A stretch of DNA of 64,000 bases from an uncultured Flavobacteriaceae bacterium. GTDB taxonomy: Bacteria > Bacteroidota > Bacteroidia > Flavobacteriales > Flavobacteriaceae. The stretch lies in the NCBI GenBank assembly GCA_947488345.1, contig CANKZQ010000001.1, positions 660,518 to 724,517 on the forward strand. The letters run 5' to 3'. The first letter of the stretch is position 1, and every line of letters starts with the position of its first letter. Positions 39,321-49,059 of this stretch are shown in pieces. Made by a program: the position numbers and the translations under genes. The notes beneath the pieces are model-generated. The model was not told the origin of the DNA. It made no database searches and saw only the letters and a list, made by a program, of their open reading frames with translations.

Positions 39321-40647
39321 ATATGATTTTTTCTAGCCTGAAGCTAAAAATTAAACTTTTTCCGTCGCGCATGATGTCGAGTTTGATTTTTTTACCTTCT
39401 TTGGTTGAGAACATATGTATGATTTCTTCTAATTTAAAATTATAGGTGGGTCTACCATTAATTTTCATGACCACGTCTTTCGGTTTTAAACCAGCTCTAT
39501 CGGCAGGAGAATCTTTGCGCACTTCCGAAATAATATAGGAGGTTTTAAGAGCGTATACATAACTATAGAGTATTTGAACTGTAGAGGAGCCTCGTTCGTC
39601 TTGTTTTAGTAAATTCGATTTTCTTTCGGGCACAATCATACTACCATTATAGGCCATTTCGAGACCGCTCATGTTATAGACAAAAGGATCATTAAAATAA
39701 CTCGATGGGTTTTTAAACACTATTTTTTCTCCTCGATAATCAATAATTAATCGAAATCTTTTCAATATCTCCGATCCTAATGTACCATTTCGTTCTTTGT
39801 GTAAATATACATTCTCAATGGAGGTAGAGTCAGGATAGGCCACATTCGCACTGGTAAAAATATAATTGCCTAATGATATTTTATCAATCTTACTCCTTTT
39901 TCCATAAATATCACCGCTTAGGCCCTTTCCTAAATAATCTTCAAAATATTTCTCCGGTATATTTATTTTATCACTTGATTTATCAAATAACCATAATGCA
40001 TCACTCCCTCCTAAATCGATCAGTAATTTTGCATCAATGCTTTCTTTTTCGGAGATGTCAACTTCTAAAAATAGATAGGGTTTATTCTTATAAAAATGCA
40101 AGTCGAACAATTGACATCGCTTACAATCCTTATAACTGTATTTTTTGGGGTCGTAAAACTTAATTCTTTTTGAAGAATAATTGATATCGACTACAAAATC
40201 CCGAAACAGATCTCCACCAATAATTCCGTTAATGGTAATACCCATTTTCGAAGAAAAGTCAAAATCTTTACTGGGAATCAAATAAATGAGGTGATCTCCA
40301 TTAATTATTTTACCTATTTTAAATAGATTTTTACGAGATTTTATAGCGTCAATATAATCGCCTCCCCCCAAACCTCGCAATTTAATTTTCTCAGTGTCTT
40401 TCAATTTCAAGGAATCTTCTACGCTTAGATTGAACATAATTGAGTTATCAACGCCCGTATCCAACAAAAAATTTAATTTACTCCCATTAACTTCAATCGG
40501 TATAATAATGAGATTATTAATCAATTTAAAGGAGAGTGTCTGATGTTTACTTTTTCCTGAAATTTGAAATCTATCTTGCGCATACAGATTCAATAAGCAA
40601 CAAAAACACGCAAAAAGAACAGCTAATATTTTTAACCGATTTCTCAT
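39319..40647 (-). CDS. Retropepsin-like aspartyl protease with C-terminal PDZ domain
   Basis: FLLDTG, GIIGGDLF, LIDLGG, NGTLGSEIL; PDZ SPADRAGLKPKDVV. Confidence 0.88.
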   Translation of the reverse strand: MRNRLKILAVLFACFCCLLNLYAQDRFQISGKSKHQTLSFKLINNLIIIPIEVNGSKLNFLLDTGVDNSIMFNLSVEDSLKLKDTEKIKLRGLGGGDYIDAIKSRKNLFKIGKIINGDHLIYLIPSKDFDFSSKMGITINGIIGGDLFRDFVVDINYSSKRIKFYDPKKYSYKDCKRCQLFDLHFYKNKPYLFLEVDISEKESIDAKLLIDLGGSDALWLFDKSSDKINIPEKYFEDYLGKGLSGDIYGKRSKIDKISLGNYIFTSANVAYPDSTSIENVYLHKERNGTLGSEILKRFRLIIDYRGEKIVFKNPSSYFNDPFVYNMSGLEMAYNGSMIVPERKSNLLKQDERGSSTVQILYSYVYALKTSYIISEVRKDSPADRAGLKPKDVVMKINGRPTYNFKLEEIIHMFSTKEGKKIKLDIMRDGKSLIFSFRLEKII

Positions 40648-40794
40648 AAATTTAGTTGGTTACTTAAACTTACGAAAATTTATAAGGCTCCTTAATTTTT
40701 TTAGCAATAATTAACATTCTATAAATCTGTACAATGTTTTAATTTGATTGAAATAATTTTCGCAAATTTGTGATCTAATAGAACTGTAACTAAC

Positions 40795-41985
40795 ATGCCA
40801 AAAATTTCTCTTAAGGGTATTGCAATGCCAGAGTCACCAATTCGAAAGTTGGTGCCTTTTGCCGAAGACGCTAAGAAACGTGGTACCAAAGTATATCATT
40901 TAAATATTGGACAACCGGATATTAAAACGCCTAAAGTAGCACTCGACGCGATAAAAAATAATGAGCTAGAGGTATTAGCATATGCCAGAAGTGAAGGCTC
41001 AGAAGTGTATCGTACAAAACTAGCTTCTTATTATGCGAAAAATAATATTCATGTAACTTCGAGCGATATCATTGCCACTACAGGAGGCAGCGAAGCCTTG
41101 CTTTTTACTTTTGGGAGCATCATGGATGCTGGTGATGAAGTTATCATCCCAGAACCTTTTTATGCGAATTACAATGGTTTTTCAACGGCCTCAGGTGTTA
41201 AAGTTGTACCGGTAGTATCGAAAATAGAAGATAACTTTGCCTTACCTCCTATTGAAGATTTTGAAAAATTAATTACACCTAAAACAAAAGCAATTCTCAT
41301 TTGTAATCCAGGAAACCCAACAGGTTATCTTTATTCTAAAGAAGAAATTCGCAAGCTCGCATCTTTAGTCAAAAAACATGATCTTTTTTTAATTGCCGAT
41401 GAAGTATATCGAGAGTTTGCTTATGAAGGACTCACTCATTATTCTATTTTACAAGAAACATCAATTGAAGAAAATGCTATTGTTATTGATTCTGTGTCAA
41501 AGCGCTACAGTATGTGCGGAGCACGTATCGGCTGTATCGTTTCGAAAAACAAAGAAGTTGTGAATACAGCTTTAAAATTTGCACAAGCTCGATTAAGTCC
41601 CCCTACCTATGCACTAATCGCAAGTGAAGCAGCTCTTGATACACCTCAAAGTTATTTTGATGATGTTATTGAAGAATATGTTGAAAGAAGAGATACACTC
41701 ATTTCAGAGCTGCAAAAAATTGATGGTGTAAAAGTAGCCTCTCCAAAAGGTGCCTTTTACTGCATCGCCGAATTACCAGTAGAAAACACCGATCATTTCG
41801 CACAATGGCTCCTAGAAAAATACAATTACCAAAATGAAACAATTATGGTCGCGCCAGCTGCTGGATTTTACTCTACCGAGGGCCTCGGACTGAATCAAGT
41901 GCGTATTGCTTATGTGCTGAATAAGGAAGACTTGATACGTTCTGTTGCAATTTTAAAAGAAGCTTTAAAAGTGTATAACGCTTAA
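40795..41985 (+). CDS. PLP-dependent aminotransferase class I/II (AspC-like)
   Basis: LNIGQPD, CNPGNPTG, IADEVY, DSVSKRYSMCGARIG. Confidence 0.93.
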   Translation: MPKISLKGIAMPESPIRKLVPFAEDAKKRGTKVYHLNIGQPDIKTPKVALDAIKNNELEVLAYARSEGSEVYRTKLASYYAKNNIHVTSSDIIATTGGSEALLFTFGSIMDAGDEVIIPEPFYANYNGFSTASGVKVVPVVSKIEDNFALPPIEDFEKLITPKTKAILICNPGNPTGYLYSKEEIRKLASLVKKHDLFLIADEVYREFAYEGLTHYSILQETSIEENAIVIDSVSKRYSMCGARIGCIVSKNKEVVNTALKFAQARLSPPTYALIASEAALDTPQSYFDDVIEEYVERRDTLISELQKIDGVKVASPKGAFYCIAELPVENTDHFAQWLLEKYNYQNETIMVAPAAGFYSTEGLGLNQVRIAYVLNKEDLIRSVAILKEALKVYNA

Positions 41986-42992
41986 TGCAAGTTCATAAAA
42001 ACATATCTCTAAAAAAGTACAATACCTTTGGTATTGACGTGAAAGCGGCCACCTTTGTTGAAATCAATTCAATTGGCGATTTAAAAAACATCATAAGTAC
42101 CCATACCGATTTTTTCATTTTAAGTGGTGGTAGTAATTTACTGCTCACTAAGGACGTAGAAAAGCTTGTGATTCACTTAAATATTAAAGGAATTGATATT
42201 ACAAAGCAAGATGAAAATCATGTTTATATAAAAGTAAACGCAGGTGAAAATTGGCATGAATTTGTGCTTTGGTGCATTGATCACGATTTTGGAGGTATTG
42301 AAAACATGTCGTTGATTCCAGGAAATGTTGGTACCTCGCCTATTCAAAATATAGGCGCTTACGGAGTGGAGTTGAAAGATACCATGTATGAATTAGAGGC
42401 TTTAGAAATTGCCACTGGGAATTTAGTAAGTTTCTCTAATGCTTCTTGTTCTTTTGGCTATCGAAATTCTGTTTTTAAAAATGAATTGAAAGGTAAATAC
42501 ATTATCACAAATGTCACCTTCAAATTGACCAAGAAAAAACATACTTTAAATAGTTCTTATGGCGCTATTCAATCAGAATTAGAAAAATACAACATTGAAA
42601 ACCCTACATTAAAAGATATTTCTAACGTCGTGATTGCCATTCGTCAAAGTAAACTACCCGATCCGAATAAAATTGGAAACAGTGGTAGCTTCTTTAAAAA
42701 TCCAGTGATTTTAAAGCATCAATTTAGGCAGCTACAACATAAATTTCCAGAAGTACCACATTATATAGTTTCTGATACCGAGGTTAAAGTACCCGCAGGT
42801 TGGTTAGTTGAACAATGCGGTTTTAAAGGCAAGCGCTTTGGCGATGCTGGGGTACATAAACAACAGGCATTGGTACTCGTAAACTATGATAATGCAACGG
42901 GTACAGAAATACTCTCACTTTCGAAAAAGATACAAGAAGCTGTGTTAGAAAAATTTCATATTCAGCTTGAAGCTGAAGTGAATATATTGTAA
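41985..42992 (+). CDS. murB: UDP-N-acetylmuramate dehydrogenase
   Basis: LSGGSNLL, IPGNVGTSPIQNIGAYG, FGYRNS, GSFFKNP, HKQQALVLVN, LEAEV. Confidence 0.96.
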   Translation: MQVHKNISLKKYNTFGIDVKAATFVEINSIGDLKNIISTHTDFFILSGGSNLLLTKDVEKLVIHLNIKGIDITKQDENHVYIKVNAGENWHEFVLWCIDHDFGGIENMSLIPGNVGTSPIQNIGAYGVELKDTMYELEALEIATGNLVSFSNASCSFGYRNSVFKNELKGKYIITNVTFKLTKKKHTLNSSYGAIQSELEKYNIENPTLKDISNVVIAIRQSKLPDPNKIGNSGSFFKNPVILKHQFRQLQHKFPEVPHYIVSDTEVKVPAGWLVEQCGFKGKRFGDAGVHKQQALVLVNYDNATGTEILSLSKKIQEAVLEKFHIQLEAEVNIL

Positions 42993-42994
42993 TA

Positions 42995-44341
42995 TTAATT
43001 ACATCCTAAATCATTTCTTGATTGCTCATCATTATTTGGGAAACAAAACCCAGACAATACCTCAGCAGGAACATAGCGCAATAAATTAGGATCATATAAT
43101 GACTTTTCAATAAAAGCTGTTAAATCATCTATTTCTGCTGGAGTTAAATTTAACCCTCCAAAGCCTTCCGCTAATTGCGAATCTGGAACGTCACCATTTT
43201 GTTTTACCCCGGCGTTGATATATTCGATTACCTCACGAACAGTCGTAAAAGTACCACCATGACCATAAAAAGGGTTGTCGGTTAAATTATATAGATTAGG
43301 AACTTTAAATTTAAAATTATCTTCTGGTCTATTAGTAAAAGCTGCACGTCCAATGAGTACATCTTTCTTAAAGCTTTTACTATTCGTACTATTAATTCCA
43401 ACCAAGTCTCCCATACCTAGTGCATAAAAATCATTAGATTTCAAGGAAGGTCCTGTATGACAGTCGGTACATCTACCCTTGGTCATAAACGTAATCGCAC
43501 CTCTCTTTTCTTGATCACTGATGGCATTGAGATTTCCTTTTAACCATTCTTGCCAAGGAGCTTGATTCGCAAGTACAGTTCTATTGAATGAAGCGATCGC
43601 TAAGGCTCCCGTCAAACGAGAATATCGTTCATCTTCAGGCACATTAGGAAACGCAGCATCGAACATGGCTTTATATCCAAATTCTTCAGCAAACTCTTCA
43701 TCAATTTTGAGTCTATGAGCCGTTTGACCAGCCATACCTTGCACTTCCAAGCCTTCAAAACCTAATAAATTATCGGGTTGATCTGTAGCATTTGTACCTG
43801 TATTTACAAAAGGTTCATTAATTCCGGCTCCTCCAAGAGAACCATTCCATAGCATTACATCTTGATAGGCTACGTTTAATAACGACGGTACTTTAATAGA
43901 AAGAATATCCACTGAATCACTAGGCATTGCAGGATTCATTATTCTATTCTCTCCGGCCACACCGAATCCTATACCACCTTCGCCAATTCCTTGTAATGCC
44001 CCTGAATAAAAACCTGAAGCAACAGGATGACAACTTGCACAAGCATAAGTAAATTTACTTCCATCCATTTTAGGAACACCGCCTGTAGCAGTTTCATGCA
44101 CCAACAGCTTACCTAAAGCTACTTTTTCTGGTGTTAAAGGGTTTAATGGATCTTGAGGAATACTTGAGAGATCATCTTCACTTGGTAAAATAAAGAAGTC
44201 ATTACCCTGTCCGTCAGAGACAGTAATAATCTGATCTATCAATTTCTGATCTAAGGGTGAAATTTTAACTGGAGTATACGCATCGTCCTTGTTACATGAA
44301 CATAACAATATAAACGATAAAACTATCCCGAACTTTTTCAT
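42995..44341 (-). CDS. Di-heme cytochrome c peroxidase / MauG-family lipoprotein
   Basis: Two CxxCH motifs (CASCH, CTDCH); LWNG; FKVPNL.N...PFYGHGG; lipobox CSC-NKDD. Confidence 0.9.
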   Translation of the reverse strand: MKKFGIVLSFILLCSCNKDDAYTPVKISPLDQKLIDQIITVSDGQGNDFFILPSEDDLSSIPQDPLNPLTPEKVALGKLLVHETATGGVPKMDGSKFTYACASCHPVASGFYSGALQGIGEGGIGFGVAGENRIMNPAMPSDSVDILSIKVPSLLNVAYQDVMLWNGSLGGAGINEPFVNTGTNATDQPDNLLGFEGLEVQGMAGQTAHRLKIDEEFAEEFGYKAMFDAAFPNVPEDERYSRLTGALAIASFNRTVLANQAPWQEWLKGNLNAISDQEKRGAITFMTKGRCTDCHTGPSLKSNDFYALGMGDLVGINSTNSKSFKKDVLIGRAAFTNRPEDNFKFKVPNLYNLTDNPFYGHGGTFTTVREVIEYINAGVKQNGDVPDSQLAEGFGGLNLTPAEIDDLTAFIEKSLYDPNLLRYVPAEVLSGFCFPNNDEQSRNDLGCN

Positions 44342-44551
44342 AGCAAATAAAATTTTACGGATTTATCTGTGACAAATATATGATTTATTTTGTAAGTAAT
44401 AGGAAAATTCACGTCTATAAACGTTTGTCCCTCTTAATTTTAACATATTTAACATCATTATTTTCGGAAGAATCTTCACATTACAGCAGAAACTGACATC
44501 ACTTTTTTTAGTCTAATCAACATTCTATTGATGCAGATCTAGCTCATTGTC

Positions 44552-45187
44552 TTATTCCTTTTTAAGAATATCAATGTGTCTCTTCAAGCGTTCTAAATCG
44601 AACTTTAAGGTACCATTATACACGCCTCGTATAAAACCTTCCTTATCAACGAGGATAAAATTTTCGGTATGAATAAACTCACTCTCGTCTTGCGTTTTCT
44701 TAAAATCTTCATCTGCGAAATATCCTTTTCGCGCTATTTCATATAATTCTTTTTTGTCTCCAGTTACTAAATTCCATTTTTTAGCGTCTATCTGATTATT
44801 TTGTTCGTATTCCTTTAACTTATCAACCGTATCCACCCACGGCATTACCGAATGAGATAGTAATAGAATTGCAGAATCATTCTTATAATACTCTTGAAGT
44901 ACATTCATATTCTTTGTTAACTTTGGACAAATACCAGGACAGGTAGTGAAGAAAAAATCTGCAACATAAATATGACCTTCATAATTTTTATTTGAAATTG
45001 TTTTTCCGTTTTGATTCACAAATGAAAATTCAGGTATCCGATGCGTTCCTTTCGTCCATTGCGGGGTAAAATCAGCAGAATTAAAATATGGTAAAGAAGT
45101 AACTTCTCTTTCTTTAGTAAGCACCTCATTTTCTTTTTTACAAGAAAAAACCAGCAGTAATAAAAAAACGTACATCAAGCTTTTCAT
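44552..45187 (-). CDS. SCO1/SenC copper-chaperone family lipoprotein
   Basis: FFTTCPGICP (CxxxC) and FIHTENF His; lipobox FSC. Confidence 0.93.
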   Translation of the reverse strand: MKSLMYVFLLLLVFSCKKENEVLTKEREVTSLPYFNSADFTPQWTKGTHRIPEFSFVNQNGKTISNKNYEGHIYVADFFFTTCPGICPKLTKNMNVLQEYYKNDSAILLLSHSVMPWVDTVDKLKEYEQNNQIDAKKWNLVTGDKKELYEIARKGYFADEDFKKTQDESEFIHTENFILVDKEGFIRGVYNGTLKFDLERLKRHIDILKKE

Positions 45188-45756
45188 TTTAAAAGTTTTA
45201 AGGTGTTTTTATTTTCGGTAACTGTATAGCATTTTTTTAACCCTATTAATCCATATCGCTCACCATCATCTGCAACATAATTGGTGGCAATTTTACCATT
45301 TTGTTTCCATATTTTCTGACTTCCCTGTTCCTTTCCATCTTTGTAGTTAAAGCTCTTTAGAAGTTTACCATTGACATACCACTCTTTTAGACTTCCATGG
45401 TAAAATCCTTTTTCGTTAAAATAAAATTCAAATTTTTTATTTCCATTTGGCCACCATCCTTTATGAATTCCTACTTTAACTCCTCTATTGTACATTCTTA
45501 ATTCAGCCAAAGAATCATTGAAATATTTCTTAACTTCTTTGCCATGTTTACGTCCGTTTATGTACGAAGTTCTTTTTTTCATTTGACTGAATCGATTACT
45601 ATCTAATACGATTCCACTAAATGTGTTTTCTTGGTAAAATAATTTGCCGTTTTTTAAAACAAGATTAGAATCTTCTTTGGGCACAACGAGTACTGTACTT
45701 TTCTCACATGAAGATAGCATACAAAATCCGATAAGTAAAAGGAATACGTTTTTCAA
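45184..45756 (-). CDS. MORN-variant repeat (YwqK-like) lipoprotein
   Basis: GRKHG, GVKVG.HKGWWPNG, YHGSLKEWYVNG, GKEQG repeats; lipobox SSC. Confidence 0.82.
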   Translation of the reverse strand: MKNVFLLLIGFCMLSSCEKSTVLVVPKEDSNLVLKNGKLFYQENTFSGIVLDSNRFSQMKKRTSYINGRKHGKEVKKYFNDSLAELRMYNRGVKVGIHKGWWPNGNKKFEFYFNEKGFYHGSLKEWYVNGKLLKSFNYKDGKEQGSQKIWKQNGKIATNYVADDGERYGLIGLKKCYTVTENKNTLKLLK

Positions 45757-45758
45757 AA

Positions 45759-46514
45759 TTATCTAGATATATTTCCTGGTGTCCCAAAAAAACCATTACC
45801 ATTAATATAAGGGTCCTGATCGGTTATATGATAATGGTAAATCCCTTCAGGGAAATCGGCCGTAACCGAAGTATGGCCGTGAAATTCATCTAAATCTGAG
45901 TTAGAAAGTCTTGTTCCGTTTTCTACGGGACCATAGACTGGAAATCCATCTGCTAATAAGCCAAGAAAAGCATCATCACCAAATTCTTGAGTTAAAAAGG
46001 TTGGTTCTATATGATAATGATATTGAGTTCCTGCAGGATGTCCAAACCATTGATCGAATGAATCAATTTCATTTGTTAATGCCGCACCTCCTGCCGCATA
46101 CTGATTGTAAAAAATAACGCCATTTCTTGAGATGCCAATAGGGCCCATGGGTGTTGCTTCTTTGTTTACAGCTTCGGCGGGATTTAAGGAAATTGTAAAT
46201 GTTATATTCTGTTCTCCAATTGAGTTTGGATTTTGTCTCCAATTTGTATTTGTACCATTATAATCTTCATACAAAGGGTTATTTATTGGCCAATAAGGAC
46301 TTGTATGATTGGGTAGATCTGTAGTATTAATGGTTACTGTATTGCCATTTACCTCATATGAAACCGCTTCTATACCATCAAACTTCGACAAAATAGTAGT
46401 AATATCATAACTTGTTACAGAATCAAATTCTTCGTCATCTGCGCCAGAATCATTAGAGCTACATGCTATAAATATCCCGAGAGAAACTACTAATATTGTT
46501 TTTTTAATATTCAT
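45759..46514 (-). CDS. YHYH-domain lipoprotein
   Basis: GHP...QYHYH and GH...IYHYH motifs; GISRNGV..YN; DGFPVYGP; lipobox IAC; start MNIKK at 46514. Confidence 0.9.
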   Translation of the reverse strand: MNIKKTILVVSLGIFIACSSNDSGADDEEFDSVTSYDITTILSKFDGIEAVSYEVNGNTVTINTTDLPNHTSPYWPINNPLYEDYNGTNTNWRQNPNSIGEQNITFTISLNPAEAVNKEATPMGPIGISRNGVIFYNQYAAGGAALTNEIDSFDQWFGHPAGTQYHYHIEPTFLTQEFGDDAFLGLLADGFPVYGPVENGTRLSNSDLDEFHGHTSVTADFPEGIYHYHITDQDPYINGNGFFGTPGNISR

Positions 46515-46584
46515 TTTATATTTTTCCATTACTATTTTTTTAATTACTTCAACACTCTAATTTCGAAGCCCATAATTAAATAAG

Positions 46585-47904
46585 CTATTGTCTGATATTT
46601 GTTATTTCGGTCGTTAGTTCGTCTTTAATCGCACTATCGGCATCACTCAATGGCAATTGATTTTGATTCAGAAGATTTGGGTTTTCTAACGCATTATTAC
46701 TCAAATTGTAAAATGCTTCGTTGCCGTTTTCAAATCGAATATATTTATGAGTGCTATTCCTTATTGTATAATCAAAACCCCCATTATCCTTACCTATTTC
46801 TGTATATATATAATCTCTAAAGTTAACGTTTGGAATGGTAAATAATTCTTTGAAGCTCTTACTATCATTTATTTCAACAGTACCCGTTTCTGCAATATCA
46901 GCAATTGTTGCAAAAATATCGGTTGTATTTAGCAATGCATCTTCTATTTGATTCACCCTTGTCACGTTTTTGCCTGAAATGATCATTGGAACATTTACCC
47001 CACCTTGATATACACTGCCTTTTGCACGTTGTCCTGCGTATTCTTGAGCTACTTGATTGGGAGTCCCATTATCTCCAATAAAAATAATTACTGTATTATC
47101 TTTCTCCTCTGTTGACAATGAATTTAATAATCTTCCTATTTCGGAATCCATGGCTTCTAACATTGCCAAATAATAGGGAAGCGGATTCGCATCTATACTC
47201 CCATCATCTGTTGGTAGCGAACCTTGCGAATGCAAGTTAGAAGGTGGCAGATGAAAAGGTGTATGAGGCGCATTATACGCCAACCATAAAAACCAAGGTT
47301 GAGTTTGTGTATCAATCCAATCAATCGCTAAATCTGTAAACTTTGTTGTTGTATACTCAGATGAGTTGTTGGTTTGACCATTCTCCGTAAAATTCCAATT
47401 TGTGTATGATTGAACACCTCCACTTAATAATCCTGCATAATATCCCACTCCCATATGTAAAGGATGTTGAGTATCTCTAGACAAATGCCATTTACCAATG
47501 ACGGCATGACTATATCCAGCATTACTATTATCTAAATACTTTTGAATTGAAGTTTCTGATGTTGATAATACATCATCAACTTTCATAACATTCGTTCTAA
47601 ATCCATATTTACCTGTCAATATACTTGATCTCGTTGGTGTACAGGTCGGATAAGACCAGAGATTATTAAATCTAACACCACTATTGATCATTTCTTGAAG
47701 ATTAGGCATATTAGGTTTCTGGGTTCCTATACTATACCCTGGTGTTGCGTCTAAACCCATGTCATCTGCAATAATTAGTAAAATATTCGTCTTAGATTCT
47801 GAAGAGTTATCTCCATCTTGAATATCTGAAACTAGAGATCCATTATCACTACAAGAAAGAAATATGATCATTACTAAAAAGAGTCTTGATAATTTTGAGT
47901 GCAT
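46585..47904 (-). CDS. Cys-type sulfatase lipoprotein
   Basis: NILLIIADDMG, CTPTRSSILTG (CxPxR), GKWHL, YNAPHTPFH, GDNG; lipobox LSC. Confidence 0.92.
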   Translation of the reverse strand: MHSKLSRLFLVMIIFLSCSDNGSLVSDIQDGDNSSESKTNILLIIADDMGLDATPGYSIGTQKPNMPNLQEMINSGVRFNNLWSYPTCTPTRSSILTGKYGFRTNVMKVDDVLSTSETSIQKYLDNSNAGYSHAVIGKWHLSRDTQHPLHMGVGYYAGLLSGGVQSYTNWNFTENGQTNNSSEYTTTKFTDLAIDWIDTQTQPWFLWLAYNAPHTPFHLPPSNLHSQGSLPTDDGSIDANPLPYYLAMLEAMDSEIGRLLNSLSTEEKDNTVIIFIGDNGTPNQVAQEYAGQRAKGSVYQGGVNVPMIISGKNVTRVNQIEDALLNTTDIFATIADIAETGTVEINDSKSFKELFTIPNVNFRDYIYTEIGKDNGGFDYTIRNSTHKYIRFENGNEAFYNLSNNALENPNLLNQNQLPLSDADSAIKDELTTEITNIRQ

Positions 47905-47920
47905 ATGTTTTGGTTTCCTG

Positions 47921-47948
47921 TTAGACTACTACAATGCCTCAAGGTTTA
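47921..47948 (-). promoter_or_regulatory. Putative ECF-sigma promoter for the sulfatase-YHYH cluster
   Basis: Minus strand TAAACC-N16-GTCTAA ending 16 nt upstream of the ATG. Confidence 0.45.
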
Positions 47949-47960
47949 AAATACCATTAA

Positions 47961-47992
47961 AAAAATAAAGCCTCCCTTTAAAGGGAGGCTTT
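47961..47992 (-). terminator. aqpZ terminator (perfect 26-bp palindrome)
   Basis: AAAGCCTCCCTTTAAAGGGAGGCTTT at 47967-47992; U-tract on minus strand. Confidence 0.8.
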
Positions 47993-48018
47993 AAAACATA
48001 AAAACATTAGTTCGTCAA

Positions 48019-48705
48019 TTACTCCTTATCGAAAAATACTTTATGAAGTAAACCCGCAACTATAGCTCCAGCAATTGGAGCCACCCAAAACAACCATGAT
48101 TGTGTAAGATATTCTCCTCCAGCAAATAATGCCTGACTCATAGAGCGCGCAGGATTCACCGATGTATTCGTGATTGGTATACTAATTAGGTGAATTAACG
48201 TTAGGCCTAGACCAATTGCGATAGGCGCAAATCCTTTAGGCGCTCTCTCATTCGTGCTCCCTAAAATGATCAATAAAAAGAACATAGTCAATAAAAATTC
48301 AGCTACAAATGCAGCCGTCATTGAATAACCTCCAGGTGACAAATCACCATATCCGTTTGACGCAAATCCTCCAATATCAGTAAAGTCACTTTTACCAGAA
48401 ATAATGAAGTACAATGCAGCAGCGGCCAACACTGCTCCGATGAGCTGAGAAATAATGTAGGGTATTAATTCTTTAGCCGAGAATTTACCCCCTGCCCATA
48501 ACCCAAAAGAAACAGCAGGATTAAAATGACCTCCAGAAATATGACCAACGGCATACGCCATTGTCAATACGGTAAGTCCAAAAGCTAAGGAAACACCTAC
48601 AAAGCCAATTCCTAATTCAGGATAACCAGCTGCAAAAATTGCACTTCCACACCCTCCAAATACTAACCAAAAAGTTCCGAAAAGTTCGGCAACAAGTTTT
48701 TTCAT
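48019..48705 (-). CDS. aqpZ: Aquaporin Z
   Basis: [36 protein letters not shown]. Confidence 0.97.
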   Translation of the reverse strand: MKKLVAELFGTFWLVFGGCGSAIFAAGYPELGIGFVGVSLAFGLTVLTMAYAVGHISGGHFNPAVSFGLWAGGKFSAKELIPYIISQLIGAVLAAAALYFIISGKSDFTDIGGFASNGYGDLSPGGYSMTAAFVAEFLLTMFFLLIILGSTNERAPKGFAPIAIGLGLTLIHLISIPITNTSVNPARSMSQALFAGGEYLTQSWLFWVAPIAGAIVAGLLHKVFFDKE

Positions 48706-48840
48706 AATATTATAGTTTTAAATTAATTGATATTGTTATGACACCTCTAAAAGAGTAAAGTCACATATTTTACAAGATACAAATTACTTATAGCACGCAT
48801 AACGTTTACTTTTTATATCTTTGCATCAAAGAATTTTCTT

Positions 48841-49044
48841 ATGAAATTACTTCTCATAACATTGGCTTTATTAGGTTTGGCTTTCGCAGGGATCGCCATT
48901 AAAATTTGGGCAAAAAAAGATGGTGAGTTTGCTGGTACCTGTGCCAGTCAAAATCCGATGCTGAACAAAGATGGAGACTCATGTGGATTTTGTGGCAAAA
49001 CTCCAGATCAGTTTGACACCTGTAAAGAACCTCAACATAATTAG
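48841..49044 (+). CDS. Small single-TM protein with four Cys (NqrM-like architecture)
   Basis: TM helix then GTCAS...CGFCG...C; TATCTTTG promoter upstream. Confidence 0.65.
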   Translation: MKLLLITLALLGLAFAGIAIKIWAKKDGEFAGTCASQNPMLNKDGDSCGFCGKTPDQFDTCKEPQHN

Positions 49045-49059
49045 TTAAGTTTGTAGCCA

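Noticed and set aside
45184-45756. 'Toxin-antitoxin YwqK antitoxin' as a real TA module
   Set aside because: It is a MORN-repeat lipoprotein overlapping the SCO start, with no neighbouring toxin; the family label reflects the repeat fold only.
47967-47992. Perfect 26-bp palindrome as an operator or mobile-element end
   Set aside because: It sits just downstream of aqpZ with a U-tract on the coding strand; adequately explained as a terminator.
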